Assembly (NCBI GenBank): GCA_028534125.1
Contig: CM052817.1
Coordinates: 105,712,001 to 105,776,000 of the forward strand
DNA length: 64,000 bases
DNA from: Lama glama
Lineage: Eukaryota
Reading direction: 5' to 3'
The translations under genes and the position numbers were made by a program. The notes under the pieces are model-generated. The model was not told the DNA's origin. It did not search any database and was given only the letters and a program-made list of their open reading frames with translations. This document shows positions 13,864-26,680 of the stretch, piece after piece; position 1 is the stretch's first letter; each line of letters begins with the position of its first letter.

Positions 13864-14819
13864 TTGACTTAGTTTATTCTTAATGCCATCTTCAGTAAGG
13901 AATAAAAGTTCTTTCAAAACCACATTTTGTTGAATGCTCTGAAGCAGTTGGCATACATTTTCACTTCTGCTGGAGATCATTAGGTAACTGATTGAATATA
14001 TGAAATTATTTTCAAATCACTTGTTGCTAGAGATCAGAGAAAGTATGGTTATTTTACTTTTATTCATAATTAAAATAAAAACTTAGCTTTCTTTTAAAAA
14101 AGTTGTGTCCTCAGGTTTGGAGAGGGAAACAGGCAATGTGGTAGACATGAACTTGGAGTCATTCCTGGGCTAAAAAATATCCACCTTCATATCTGCCTAC
14201 AAGGTTTTGTCTTTTGTTTAAAACCCACATCAAACTGTGCCTTTAGTTTTAAGGAATTTTTTGCCAGATTTCCCCTGTACCATTTCCTAGCTACATATGT
14301 AATACTCTGTCCATTTCCTGTATTCTCAAAGCTGATGGTGTTCACAGCCATTGCAGCATTTATCATATTGCATTTTCTATCCGAGGATCTTGTTTATCCT
14401 TTCACTCTATATATTAAGCTTCTTGAGGTAAGCTATAAGAATTTGGAAAACCACTCACTCCGTGCAGCACCTAACAGCCAGTGGTTGTTAAACAATCATT
14501 AGGTGAAGAGAATTACTATACATGGTTAATTTTCGTAAATTGAATCTCTGCAAATAGTGAAGAATATAAAGATACATAAAATTATGTTACATGACAGAAA
14601 TAATATTAAGCAAAGAGAGACTGATATACTAGCTAGAAGATGGCACATTTTATTCTTTAAGAATTTTTCTGGCATTTTTTTTTTTTGGTTTATAATCTTT
14701 TAACACTCCCAAATTGTTAACCTTTCTTTTTCACTATGTTCCAATTTAAAAGTTTTAAAAAAAATGCATTTCCCACAGTAGTTTTAAGCTCTGCTCATGA
14801 CCATCTCTTTCCTGAGTGA

Positions 14820-14985
14820 GGAATAGAATAGAATTTCAGAATATAGGATCTGATAATCCAAGCTCTTCAGTAAGTGAGCTGTGTGACTTCAGGTATATCC
14901 TTTAATCTCACTGGGTTTTAAGATTTTCATCTGTAAAATGAAGGGATTGAACCAGATCATCTCCAAAGTCCCTCCAGCTTCAAAG
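14820..14985 (+). mobile_element. MIR SINE
   Basis: Core gctgtgtgacttcaggt...ttttcatctgtaaaatgaagggattgaaccagatcatctccaaagtccc. Confidence 0.8.
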
Positions 14986-15744
14986 CAAAGTCTCAGGTCT
15001 TAAGACGGCCTCAGACCAGCACGTCCGACTCTGGGCTGCTGTCTAATGCCTTGTGGTCCCGTTGTGGTTGTCCAGTGGTCCTACAGAAGGACTGCAAAGT
15101 GTTAATCATCCTCTCAGGGTAGACAGCGTTTGAAATAGAAACAAGCAATAAATAGCTGTTTAAATTCAACAATCATCCTACATCTATGATATCTGTTACA
15201 AAATTCAGTTCACCGCATTACCAAGTATAGCCTCGACTACAAATTAATCCCAAACTTAGGCTGCTTGGGGGACATTGGGCCAGAAGCTGACATACCCCGT
15301 GACTTTTGGATTTTGTATTTTTCATACCCTGATGTAGTTAACATCTAAATATGGGAAACTTGAACGGTAATCAAGACAGCAACATTTTATGATACAAATT
15401 ATTTTGTTTCCTAGGTACAGTTTCTAACGTCAGTGTCTACCTTTTTAAAAATCTTGTAACATCACATAACCTTTTTGTGTTTTTAACCTCCTCGAAATTG
15501 AAGAATGTGTATCTGCAAAAATCCAAAGTAGTCTTTGGCCACCTGCTGACTTACGTTCCAATCTCTACTTTTAGAGACTGGATATTTACAAAATCTTTCA
15601 GCATACTGAGTCCTAGTACAGGAAAGAAGTAAGATTCCCTTTATATAAGGAAATAAAGACAATAGGAAAAGAGCAAAATGAAACCAATATATATATTTTT
15701 TAATTTAGAGAAGGATGAAAAATAAGAGGTATAAGCTTTTCTTT

Positions 15745-15838
15745 CTCTATTAATTTTTTTAATGAAGGTACTGAGAATTGAGCCCAGGACCTCGCACATG
15801 CTGAGCACACGCTCCATCTCTGAGCTATACCCACCCTC
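15745..15838 (-). mobile_element. tRNA-derived SINE, vic-1 type (short form)
   Basis: A/B boxes on the minus strand; perfect 14-bp TSD ataagcttttcttt at 15731-15744 and 15839-15852. Confidence 0.9.
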
Positions 15839-18800
15839 ATAAGCTTTTCTTTAAATAAAGGAAAATGTAAGTCTTCCACAGACCGTATTTAGGAAGTTTT
15901 CTCCCTGCTCCTCAAAAATAGAACCTTTAAGAAGGGTAGAGTGTTTGTGTTCAGGGGATTCTATCATTCACAGTCATGTCGAATGTCCCCTGTAAACACT
16001 AAGTAAATGTTTTGAATAAATGAACATTGCATTTCCAATAGCAAAATAATGATGTTAAAACTACTTTAAGAATTACTCTTACTACATGGATATCTGGGCA
16101 ATCTTTCAACCTTAGTGCAAGCTTTGTCCTCTCTCCCATCTCCGTCTGATGATGATCAATATAAAATACTAGAGAAGGTCACTGTTCACTGCCTCGGGTC
16201 ACCTTCAAGTTGACTTTGGTTCAGCTGCCACGTGCCCATCCCCAGGACTAAGGCATCACATTGGAGGAGAGGGCATTTTCACCATAGCCTTTATCTGTCC
16301 CACTACCCCAGTGATAGGATGCTCATTACCCTGATGGCTTAGTCTTGGCAAATTCAAGATAATACTGAATAAACAGTAGAGCAGAGTGAATGATCTTACT
16401 TCAACAACAGAAGATGTAAAAATTCAAAAGCATAGATCCATTGAGAGCAACGGAGAGGATTATTCACATGATGAAAGACTCAGTTAATTGTTTCTTCAGG
16501 TAGATTGCATTTCTGAGATAAGGCGTGATATATTTGACCGGAAGTTATTTATTGCATGATTTTTCACAGAATATTTTCAGGAAGTCCTTAAGCAAGAATA
16601 TAATGATTATGTCATACTGAGCTCAAAGCTAAACTTTTTAAATGTATTTATCTTTTATTAGCCAAAACCTGGTCTTGGAAGGAAGTTTCCATGGAGGCAA
16701 GTCGTGATCGCTCCGTATGCCTTTGAAATCTGTTTCATGTAAAGAAATGGAGTTTTGAGCCTCATCAATTTTTAAACACAAAGGAAGTACTTGACACACT
16801 GTAGTGAAACAAAGTTATAGTCCCTCATTATTAATTCACAGATCAGCTGTTCAGGCAAACTTGTTTCTGAATTTATAGCAAACTAAAAGGACCATAAAAA
16901 TTATTTCTTCTTCGTGGTCTCCATAAACAGCTTTAACAGGTACTTGGTAATAAGTGCGATATAAACCCCCTTCCAAACAGATCAGTGAAGCTGCGATCGG
17001 ACTGCAGTCCACTGTCAGGTGTTCTCAGTCTTCAGGCCGCTTTCCAGGACAGCGCCACCACTAAGAAACAAAGAGTATGAAAGATCATACTCTCTCCTCT
17101 AAGAGAGAAATGCGCTGCTTTATAGGGTGATGTATTTTCAAAAAATCAAATCAAATCCTTAGGACACTCTGAAGAATAGCATTTAGACCTCCTGCAGGGA
17201 ATGCTCAAATTGCTTGCTATTTTTGGGGGGGGGGGGTTACACAGTCTGCTAGAGGAAATCAAGGACACACAGTGATACAGGCAGCCCTAAGACCCAGGGT
17301 CGAAGCTGAGATACCCTGAGCTATGCTGGTACCTCCATAGTTTTGCCGCAGCCGCCTTGGACACCTAACTCACTTTCTCTGGAGTAATTCCAAACCTACC
17401 TGGTTTCTGGAACAGTCTGGCAAGATAAATAAGAAAACTGGTTCTGGACTCTTCAGAGGATTCTCATTAGCAGGGAGGAAAATCTAGTTTTCCTGTTCAG
17501 AAATCTCATGAACCTCATTAATTAAGATTCATTAAGAGCGAGAACAATGATAGTAGGTGGTCCTGACTATTTCGTGCCAGGCAGTGTACTGGGTACTTTC
17601 TATATAACGTCTACAGTGTTCTCAATAGTCCTGCAAATAAGGAATGTATAGACATTGATAGAGAATGAAAAATGGGAGTTATATAATGCCAACCAAAGAA
17701 CAGCCTGCTGGAATTGAGCAGAACCTTACCATGCAGTCCCTGGATGAGATTACAGGATTCCTGAATCACAGGTCACTAATGTCAAGGACTAGAGACTCAG
17801 ATGTGGAAATATGCAGAGATGCCCAGAATTCCAGCAACTGACTCTAGCCCACTAAAATGTAGACAAGATTGAGGAAAATATTAGCAGGTATTGTTGACAA
17901 CAAGAACTATAGCAGGTGTTTGTGAAAAGATGATATTATTGTTAAAAAAAATGTTGAGAGACCAATCAAGCCAAGTATTTGAGGTAGATGCAACTGTGAG
18001 CTCAAAGTTATGGAACAGAAATCCTGCTGGGATGTTTGAGGTGGAGCAGGCAGGCCACTCATCTCTAGAGGTCGGAGGTGAGTTTGGAGGACAGTCAATT
18101 GCACTGGATTGTGAGTGTGGTAGAAGCCGTCCAAAGTTTTGATCAGAGATGGGGTGGGATCTGATCAGAGATGGGAAAGTGTCTCAGTAGTGGGTGTGGA
18201 GTTTATTTTCTAAGAGGAAGGGGTGGACAACAGTGAGAAAACAAATGTAGATGTTCAGTCCACGGGCCGACCCACCAGGGCAGACAGTCCTCAAGGACAT
18301 GGTGCGAAGAACTAGCCAGTGCTCGAGGACTTCATCCCTTCCCTGCAGGAGTGTTTTTTTGTTTTGTTTTCTGGGGCTTTCCTTGCTTTCCCCACCATTT
18401 GTTTCACCTCTAGATTTGAAGAACGCAGTTCAAAAGCATACATGTTATAGTTAGAAAAAGTATGTCTGTTTCATTAGGCAAATGCATGTGATTTGGATAG
18501 ACGAACAGAGGGGCTGAATAAAGAGTAAAAAGGCCACAAGGTGTGAGAAATGGGACTCGTGCTATAACAGCAGTGTGTCTTCACTGCCTCGAGAACAGGC
18601 AGCAACTGGAATTCTTTTGCCTCCTCCGCTTTTGAGGGATTATGTGTGTCCTGTGGGCTATCCTGGAAGCTCTGCGTGAAGTAGATTGAAATGTGATGGA
18701 GAGGAGTGTCGGAGGGAAGTTTGGGAAGCTATCAGGAATAAATCATGGGACGAGAAGCATCTCTTATGTGTAAAGCTCTGATTCAGGGTACAAGCACGGC

Positions 18801-18956
18801 TGATACACTGACCCAACACTTGGCTCTCCAAGAGCTTAGAAGCAGGTCTAAATAAATAACTATGCTTTATGCATTTCACTCATGTAGTGCAAGGCAGGCT
18901 GGACTCACCGTCACAGACACTGTTGCCTATTTTGTTCCCTCCATTTAAAATGCATT

Positions 18957-19197
18957 AAATTGGGACTTCGGGATTTGCAGATACACACTATTATATATTA
19001 AAATAAATGAACAACAAGGACCTACTGTATAGCATAGGGAGCTATAGTCAAGATCTTGTAATGGCCTGTAATGAAAAATAATATGAAAAGGAATACAGAT
19101 ATATGTGTATACATAGCTGAATCACTATGCTGTACACCAGAAATTAACACACCATCGTAAACTGATGATACTTCAATTAAAACAAATTAATAAATAA
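18957..19197 (+). mobile_element. L1 3'-UTR fragment
   Basis: aacaacaaggacctactgtatagcataggg...cttcaattaaaa and an A-rich tail. Confidence 0.85.
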
Positions 19198-19379
19198 TAA
19201 AATGTGTTTTCCTCCTCCATCTGACCACCATCTTCCAACACTAACTTTAGTTCCTTTTGAAAGACTTTGATAATCTCTATCAGTCTGTGCAAACTGCCCA
19301 TTTTCCTATGGAATTTCATGCTTGACTATAACACCATACATTGTATTAAAGTAATTTGTGTCTTCCATAGTAAACATCT

Positions 19380-19610
19380 AAATATTTACTTGACAAGCAG
19401 GTATGGCAGTGAATATGTGCAAGACACCATTTTGTTTGTGTTATGTGAATTAATCCAGGCTTCACAAAACCCTTATGAGTAGATGTTATTCTATACTCAT
19501 GTTACAGATGAGGAAACTAGATCACAGAGGACCTCACGCATAGTACATGGTGCAATTTGAAACCAGATTGTCTGGCACCCAGGGCTGCATTATTAATCCT
19601 AGACTACAAA
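19380..19610 (-). mobile_element. MIR SINE
   Basis: aacccttatgagtagatgttatt...ttacagatgaggaaactag...tttgaaaccagattgtctggc. Confidence 0.75.
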
Positions 19611-19739
19611 TGCTTTAAGAACTATGACTGTTGCCTGTTTAGAGATGCATCTTTAGTACCTAAGCCACGTTTTGAATAGGACACCATGAGAAGAGGAAAT
19701 CGAGAGTTAGAAAAGGAGGAAAAATGTTAGAGAAATCAG

Positions 19740-20350
19740 TGTTATGCAACCAGGTTGATTTGCCTGACATGCAGCGAGCCAGGATGCTGACATGCCGAGG
19801 TTTGCAGCAAAGAGAGAATTTATTCACAGGGCAGCTGAGCGAGGAGACAGAGGAACAAGTCTTAGATCTGCTTCTCCAAAGGCCAAGGGGTTGGGGTGTT
19901 TATGGGGTAAAGAAGCAGGGCGATGTGAGGTGTGGGGAGTGTGGAGAAAGGTAATTGGAAATAAGAAGTTGAGGTCATAGTCATCATTCTGTGAAGACAC
20001 AGTTGAGCTAGAGGCTTCTTCACGGGAAACCTGGTCAAACATGGAGTTGCTTAGCCTGATCTGAGGGTGGCATTTTTCAGCTCTCTGTTGTCAAAAGGTC
20101 ACCTGGAGAGAGTCACATGTGCCCATTTGGAAGGTCAGTGGTATTACCCAGTCCTAACCAGCTCAGCTCTAACTAGACACAGCTGACTCTGAGTTCCTGG
20201 AAAACAACTTGGACAGACCATCTTATTGCTTAGACTACTTGCTGCTTAGTGAACATGCAAGTATTTTTGTAGCAACTATTAAAACAACCTTGATCAGTGA
20301 GGGCAGGTGAGGGTTGCAATGGATGTAATCAGTGATTACCCATGGTTTCA
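19740..20350 (-). mobile_element. Solo ERV LTR (about 610 bp) in the FSTL5 intron, antisense to the gene
   Basis: TG...CA ends (tgttatgcaacc...catggtttca), flanks tcag/ttag, AATAAA on the minus strand (tttatt near 19820), GC-richer than its flanks. Confidence 0.7.
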
Positions 20351-20417
20351 TTAGTAACTGTATAAATGAAGCTGAAATATATGGTGACATTGTTGAAAAT
20401 TAGTATGAAATGGGGCA

Positions 20418-20554
20418 GGGGGAGGGTATAGCTCAGTGGTAGAGCGCATGTTTAGCATGCATGAGGTCTTGGGTTCAAACCCCAGTGCCTCCATTTAAAT
20501 AAGTAAATACATAAATATATAAACAAACAAACAAAGCTAATTAACCCCCCCCAA
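20418..20554 (+). mobile_element. tRNA-derived SINE, vic-1 type (full length)
   Basis: gggggagggtatagctcagtggtagagcgcatgtttagcatgcatgaggtcttgggttcaaaccccagtgcctcc plus tail; 22-bp TSD aaaattagtat(g/a)aaatggggca at 20396-20417 and 20555-20576. Confidence 0.93.
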
Positions 20555-20716
20555 AAAATTAGTATAAAATGGGGCATACAAATTATTTCATAGATGGCCT
20601 TGACTACAAGATAAAGAAGTTTCATCAATTTGCAGGACCATTAAGAGCTGTTGGTTTTTGAGAAAATTTACTAGAGTTAAAAACAAATAAACCAGTTAAA
20701 TGAATGCCACTGTGAA

Positions 20717-21180
20717 TTGGTATCCATGGGGGATTGATTCTAGGATGCCCAAAATCCGGAGATGCTTGATGCCCCTGTATAAAATGGCATGGTATTTGCA
20801 TATAACCTACACACATCCTCCCATACACTTTGTCAGCTTTAGATTACTTATAATACTTAATATAGTGTAATTTCTATGTGAATTGTTGCCAGCTTTTGGA
20901 AAATTCAAGTTTGGCTTTTTGGAACTTTATGGATTTTCTTTATTTATTGAAGTGTAGTTGATTTACAGCGTTGTGTTAGTTTCTGGTGAAAATCATGATT
21001 CAGTCATAAATACATGTATTCTTTTCCATCTCCTTTTTTATTACAGGTTATCACAAGATATTGAATATAGTTCCCTGTACTATACCATAGGGCTTTTTTG
21101 TTTATTGGATTTTTAAAAATATTTTCCACCCATGGTTGTTTGAATCCAAAGATGCAAACCCCGCAGATGTGAAAGGATGT
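20717..21180 (+). mobile_element. MER2/MER2B-like (Tigger/TcMar) DNA-transposon fossil, interrupted by an L1 tail
   Basis: ggtatccatgggggattgattctagga...gtatttgcatataacctacacacatcctccc...ggttgtttgaatcc...gatgc matches the MER2-type consensus as I recall it. Confidence 0.8.
20938..21105 (-). mobile_element. L1 3'-UTR fragment nested in the MER2-like element
   Basis: ttattgaagtgtagttgatttacagcgttgtgttagtttctgg...atattgaatatagttccctgtactatac; flanked by tggatttt at 20930 and 21106. Confidence 0.85.
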
Positions 21181-22519
21181 ATCAGTTACATACACTACTT
21201 CTAGAATTAGGCTGCTGTTGAAATTTAATATCGTATTATTTATGTTAAGTAGAAAGACACTGTCAAGTGCAGATACTAATATAGTATATATAATAGAGTA
21301 TAATGTACTTAGTGTTAGAAGCATAGAGTTCCTTTAAGAAATGGACAACTTACACAGACTGGAAAAGGCACCAATACTGAGTATAATTTCATAAAACATA
21401 AGCTCACAGAAATCAATTCAGAAGACAAGTGCTGGTGAATCCACACTTTGTATGTACCTAAGACTATGCATAGTGAAAGAACAGGTAATGATTTCAATCA
21501 TATTTAAAATAAAATGAGCAAATAATGGGGAATAAAATCAGCAGCAGAAACAAAGAAAAAAACTGAAAAAGCTCGTGAGAAGAGTGATATGACAACTTAA
21601 GCACTGTTAATGGCACAAAGAAATTAAAAAAGTTAAAGGGAAGGTTACTGGCCCTGTCAAGTCTCCAAACTAAATTGTTGTTTATTCCAATTAGCCATGG
21701 CAACCAAACAACACATTTAATCTTTCATAAGTCAGAAAGAAAAGAGGTGTGTTTAATGATTTTACTATCAGATAAATCTCTTATTCTCTTGGAAGAATAA
21801 TAATGCAATTATGTATTGCACTGGATCATTGGGTTTTAGGGAAAATCATTTGTTTTCCACACTTTAATGCTGAAGGATTGGCATCGAAAAGCTCATCAAT
21901 AAATAAAGATGTAGAATCAGCCTCAAAGTAAACTGAAGCTCGTATACTTGGAATGTGCTAGGCAGACATATTTCTCCATATGGCATTTCTAAGTATCTGA
22001 GTGCTAAGTTCTCTGAATTAAAAATGGTCTATGCCAGCCATCCACCACTCACCCACCCATTGTAGACATTAAATTAAAGAGCAACATCAAAACGGATTAG
22101 TAGCTGGTGCTCTGAACTGCTGGATATTTAGCCCTGATAATGCAACATGTATCTTTTCAAGTAGGTAGAAGATGCGGAATTATTTTAAAGTCAAAAAGCT
22201 AAGCGAACCTCAAAAAAGCGTCAACAGATAGGAAAACCTGCTGAGGGGGAAAAGTCAGAGCTGTTAAATGTATTTATCTTCCTTTTTCAGGAAAATGATC
22301 GAAACCCTTGAAAAGAATGGACCAAAGACTTATATTTGCACTCTTTGTACGTTTAATATATTTTCTTGACATCTCACAATTCCCATTAGTGGTAATAGCT
22401 GGAATTTACTAAGCACCTGCAAGTATCAGATTTTGTACACGTCTTTCTGTAACCCTCGCTGGTTACGTATTATTAGACTATGTAACAAAGAAAATAACCA
22501 AAGCTCAGACGAAGTAAAC

Positions 22520-25500
22520 GTCTTGTTTGTCCATTCATTTGTGGGTGGGTAATTGGGTTTTCCACAGTTTGGGTATCGAGAATAGTGCTGCTATTAGTAT
22601 TTGTGTACAGGAGTTTGTTTGAATACCTGTTTACAGTTTTGGAGGAATCTACACCTAGGGCTGATTTCCTGGATCACACAGTAATTCCATGTTTAAATTT
22701 TTGAGAAACTGCCAAACTGTTTTCTTCAGTGCTGCACTGTTTTACATTCTCATCAGGAATGTATAAGAGTTCTAATTTTTCCAGATCCTGGCCAGTAAGT
22801 GTTTTACTCATCTTTTCCATGATAGCCATCCTGATGGATATCAAGTGGTATTTCGTTGTGTTTTGACTTGCATTTCTTAATGGCGAATGATGTTGAATGC
22901 CTTTTCAGTGCTTGTTGGTCGTTTGTATGTCTTCACTGGAGAAACTTCTGTTCAAATCCTTTGTCCAGTTTCTATTTGGGTTGTTCATCTTTTTGTTCTT
23001 GCATTGTAAGAGTTCTTTTGATCAGACACATTATTTGCAAATATTTTCTCTCATTCTGTGGGATATCTTTCATTTTCTTGATAGTGGTCTCTGATATACA
23101 AAATCTTAAAAAATTGATAAAGTCCAAATTGTGTGTTTTTTTTTTATTTTGTTACTTGTACTTTAAGGGTTATGTCTAATATATCCATTGCTAAATCAAA
23201 AATCATGAAGATGTATGCATTTGTTTTCTTCTAAGAGTTTTATAGTTATAGATCTTTGATTCATTTTGAGTTAACATTTTTATATAATATGAGGAAGGAA
23301 GCCAACTTCATTCTTTTGCGTGTGGATATCTATTTGTCACAGCATCATTTGTTGAAAAGATTGTCCTGTTCAATTGAATAGTCTTAGTACCCTTGGCAAA
23401 AATAAATTAGCTGTAGATATATCAGTTTATTTCCAAGTCTCAATACTAATCCATCAGTCTAAAACTTTTATCCCTATCCTGGGACCACATAGTTGTGAAT
23501 AAAGTAGATTTCTAGTTAAGTATTAAAATCAGGAAATGTGAGTCCTGTTTTTTTTTCTTCTCTTACAAGATTAATTATCTAATTTTGGATCCTTTTAAAT
23601 TCCATATGGATGTAAACTTTAGCTTTTCAATTCTGAAATATTTTATTATTTTTATGCTATTGTAAATGGAAATTTTTCTTAATTTCATTTTCAGATTGGT
23701 TATTGCTAGTATATAGAAACACAGTAGAAATTTTGAATGTTCTCTGCAATTTTACTGAATTTGTTTATTAGCTCTAATAGAGTGTGTGTGAGTGTGTGTG
23801 TGCGTGTGTGTGCGTGTGTGTGCATGCACACACACTTTAGGGTTTCTTATATATATTATCAGGTCATCTTTAAGCTCAGATAGTTTAACTTCTTCCTTTC
23901 CAATCTGAATGACTTAATTTCTTTATCTTAATGCCTAATTGCTCTAGATAAAAATTTCAGCATAATGTTGAATAAAAAGGCAAAAGTAGGCACCCTTGTC
24001 TTGTTCCTGATCTTAGATGGAAGGTTTTCAGTGACAATGAGTATAATGTTAGCTGCTGGTTTTTCATAAATATCCTTTATCATATTAAGGAGATTCCTAG
24101 TTGGCTGATTTTTTTTTACCATGAAAGGGTGTTGGATTTTGTGAAATGATTTTCTGCATCAATTTTGATGACTATGACTGCCTTTATTCTATTAATATAA
24201 ACTATTATATTGATTTCCTTATACTGAACTACCCTTTCATCCTTGTAATCATTTCCACTTGTTCATGGCAGATAATCCTTTGTCTGTGCTTCAGGATCTG
24301 GTTTGCTAGTATTTTGTTGAGGATTTTTTCACCTATATTCAAAGGGTATATTGGCCTGTAGTTTTCTTTCCTTCTGATATTAGCCTTGGTGTCTGGGTAA
24401 TGCTGGCCTTTCAATATGTGTTAGAAAGTGCTATTTCCTCTACTATTTTTGAAAGATCTATAGAAATATTGGTGAATTTTTTTCTTTAAAAGTTTAGCAG
24501 AATTTACCAATTAAGCCATTTGAGCCTGGACTTTTCTTTCTTGGGAGGTTTTTAATTAGTAATTCAGTTCCTTTACTTGCTGTATTTATGCTTAGATTTT
24601 TTCTTGAGTGAGTTTTGGGAGTTTTTCTAAGAATTTGTCCACTCAATCTACATTATCTAATTTATTAGTATACAATTATTCATAGCATTCTCTTTACCCC
24701 TTATTAGATCCATAAAGTCACTAGAAATATCGCCACTTTCATTACAGACTCAGAATTTGATTCTTCTCTTGTTACTTTTGTTGCATTTTTCAAAGAACCA
24801 TCTTCTGTTTTGGTTGATTCTCCCTATTGTTTTTCTATTCTCTTTTCATTTACATTCACTCTAATCTTTATCCTTTCACTCTGTTGGTTTTAGGCTTTGT
24901 TTTTTGTTTTTGTTTTTTTTGTTTTTTTAGTTCTTTAAGATACACAGTTTGATTATTACTTTGAGATTTTTCTTCTTATTTAATGTAGATTTTTTATAGC
25001 TATAAATGACTTTTGAGCACTGTTTTCAATATAGTATATTTTAGTATTTTGTGCATTTCTTTTCACTCATGTGAAAATACTTTCTAACATCTCTTTTAAT
25101 TCCGCTTTGACACATTAGTTCTTTAGAATGTGTTGCCTAATTTCCACATATTGTGATCTTCCATTTTCTTTCTTTTACTGACTCCTAGTTTCATTCCACT
25201 GTATTTAGAGAAAATATTTTGTATGATTTCGGTTTTTAAACGTTTATTAGGTCTTGTTTTGTAGTTGAACCTATGGACTATCATGGAGAAAGTCCCGTGT
25301 GTTCTTAACAAGAATGTGATTCTGCTGTTTTGTGGGTGGGGTCTTCTAAATACATCTGGTAAGTCTAGTTGGCTTGTACTATTGTTCAAGACTTCTATTA
25401 TCTTATTGAAAATCTGTCTGGTTGTTTAATCTTTTATTGAAAGTGGAGTATTTGAGTTTCTAACTATTATTTTAGAACTGTCTATTTCTCCCCTCAATTC

Positions 25501-26680
25501 TGTCAGAATGTCTTTTCATTTAGGCCTGAATGAAACCTTTTAGAACTTCTTATATGGCAGATCTAGTAGCATGGATTCACTCAGCTTTTAAAATTTCAGA
25601 ATGTCTTATTTTTGCCTTAGTCTTTGAAAGGTAGTTTTGTGGGATATAGAATTCTTGGTTGACAAGTATTTTATTTCAGTGCTTTGAATATGTTATTCCC
25701 ACTATCTTCTGGTCTTCATGGTTTCTGATGAGAAATCTGTTGTTAATCTTACTGAGGATCCTTTATGCTTAACAAGTTGCTTTTGTTGTGCTGCTCTTGT
25801 GATTTTTCGCTGAGTTTTGGCTTTTGACAGTTTGATCATAATATGTCTTGATGTGGATCTCTGTATTTGTCCTTGGAGTTTTTTGAGGTTCTTGTGTATG
25901 TACAGTCATGAGTTCCATTAAATTTGATAGTTTTTTGCCATTATTCTTTTAAATACATTTCCTGCCCCTTTTCTCTCTTCCCTTCCTTCTGGGACACCCA
26001 TAACAGGTATGTTGATACACTTAATTGTGTCTCACAGATCTCTTAGGCTCTAATTAGTTTTCTTAACACCTTTTTTCTTCCTTCAGACTAGATGATTTCA
26101 TTTATCTTTCTTCAAATTTACTCATTCTCTTTTGGCTTGCCCAAATTGCTGTTGAAATGCTCTAGTAAATATTTCATTCCAATTATTATAATTTTTAACT
26201 CTAGACTTTTTGTTTTATTTCTTTTTAACAATTTCTGTCCTTTTTAATATTCTGTATTTGTTCATATGTAATTCTTTTGTTTTATTTAGTTCTTTTCCTA
26301 TGTTTTCCTTAGCTCTGAACAAAATTAAGACAATTGATTAAAGTCATTAACTAGCAAGTCCTCTTACATCTCTGTTAATTTTCTTTTTTTCCTGTGTATG
26401 GGCCATACTTATTTGTTTCTTTATCTGCCTTATCACTTTTTGTTTCACACTTACCCTGTTCATTATTATAATGTGGAAACCCCAGAAATAAGATTCACTC
26501 CCCTCCTCATGGTTTGTTGTTGTTGCTCTCTGTAGGTAATAGTTGCTAGTTTTTTAAGTAACTTTTCAAAAACACTTTAAAATTTGTATTCTTTATTACA
26601 TACTGTCTTTGAAATATCTATTTCTTTAGCTTGTAGTCAGTTTGTGGTTTGACAAAGATTTTCTAAATGTCTAAATCCTA
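22520..26680 (-). mobile_element. Old, decayed L1 (L1M-type) covering ORF2 and more 5' parts
   Basis: Minus-strand ORF fragments 23928..24122 (LNMIKDIYEKPAANII), 24229..24414 (KENYRPI.PLNI..KILNKILANQI) and 25123..25389 (HGTFS.I.H) are L1 ORF2 RT and endonuclease motifs. Confidence 0.88.
23782..23835. repeat. Interrupted (GT)n/(CA)n microsatellite
   Basis: gtgtgtgtgagtgtgtgtgtgcgtgtgtgtgcgtgtgtgtgcatgcacacacac. Confidence 0.95.

Noticed and set aside
20418..20495. tRNA gene
   Set aside because: A and B boxes are present, but the AT-rich tail, TSD and four diverged sibling copies show it is a tRNA-derived SINE.
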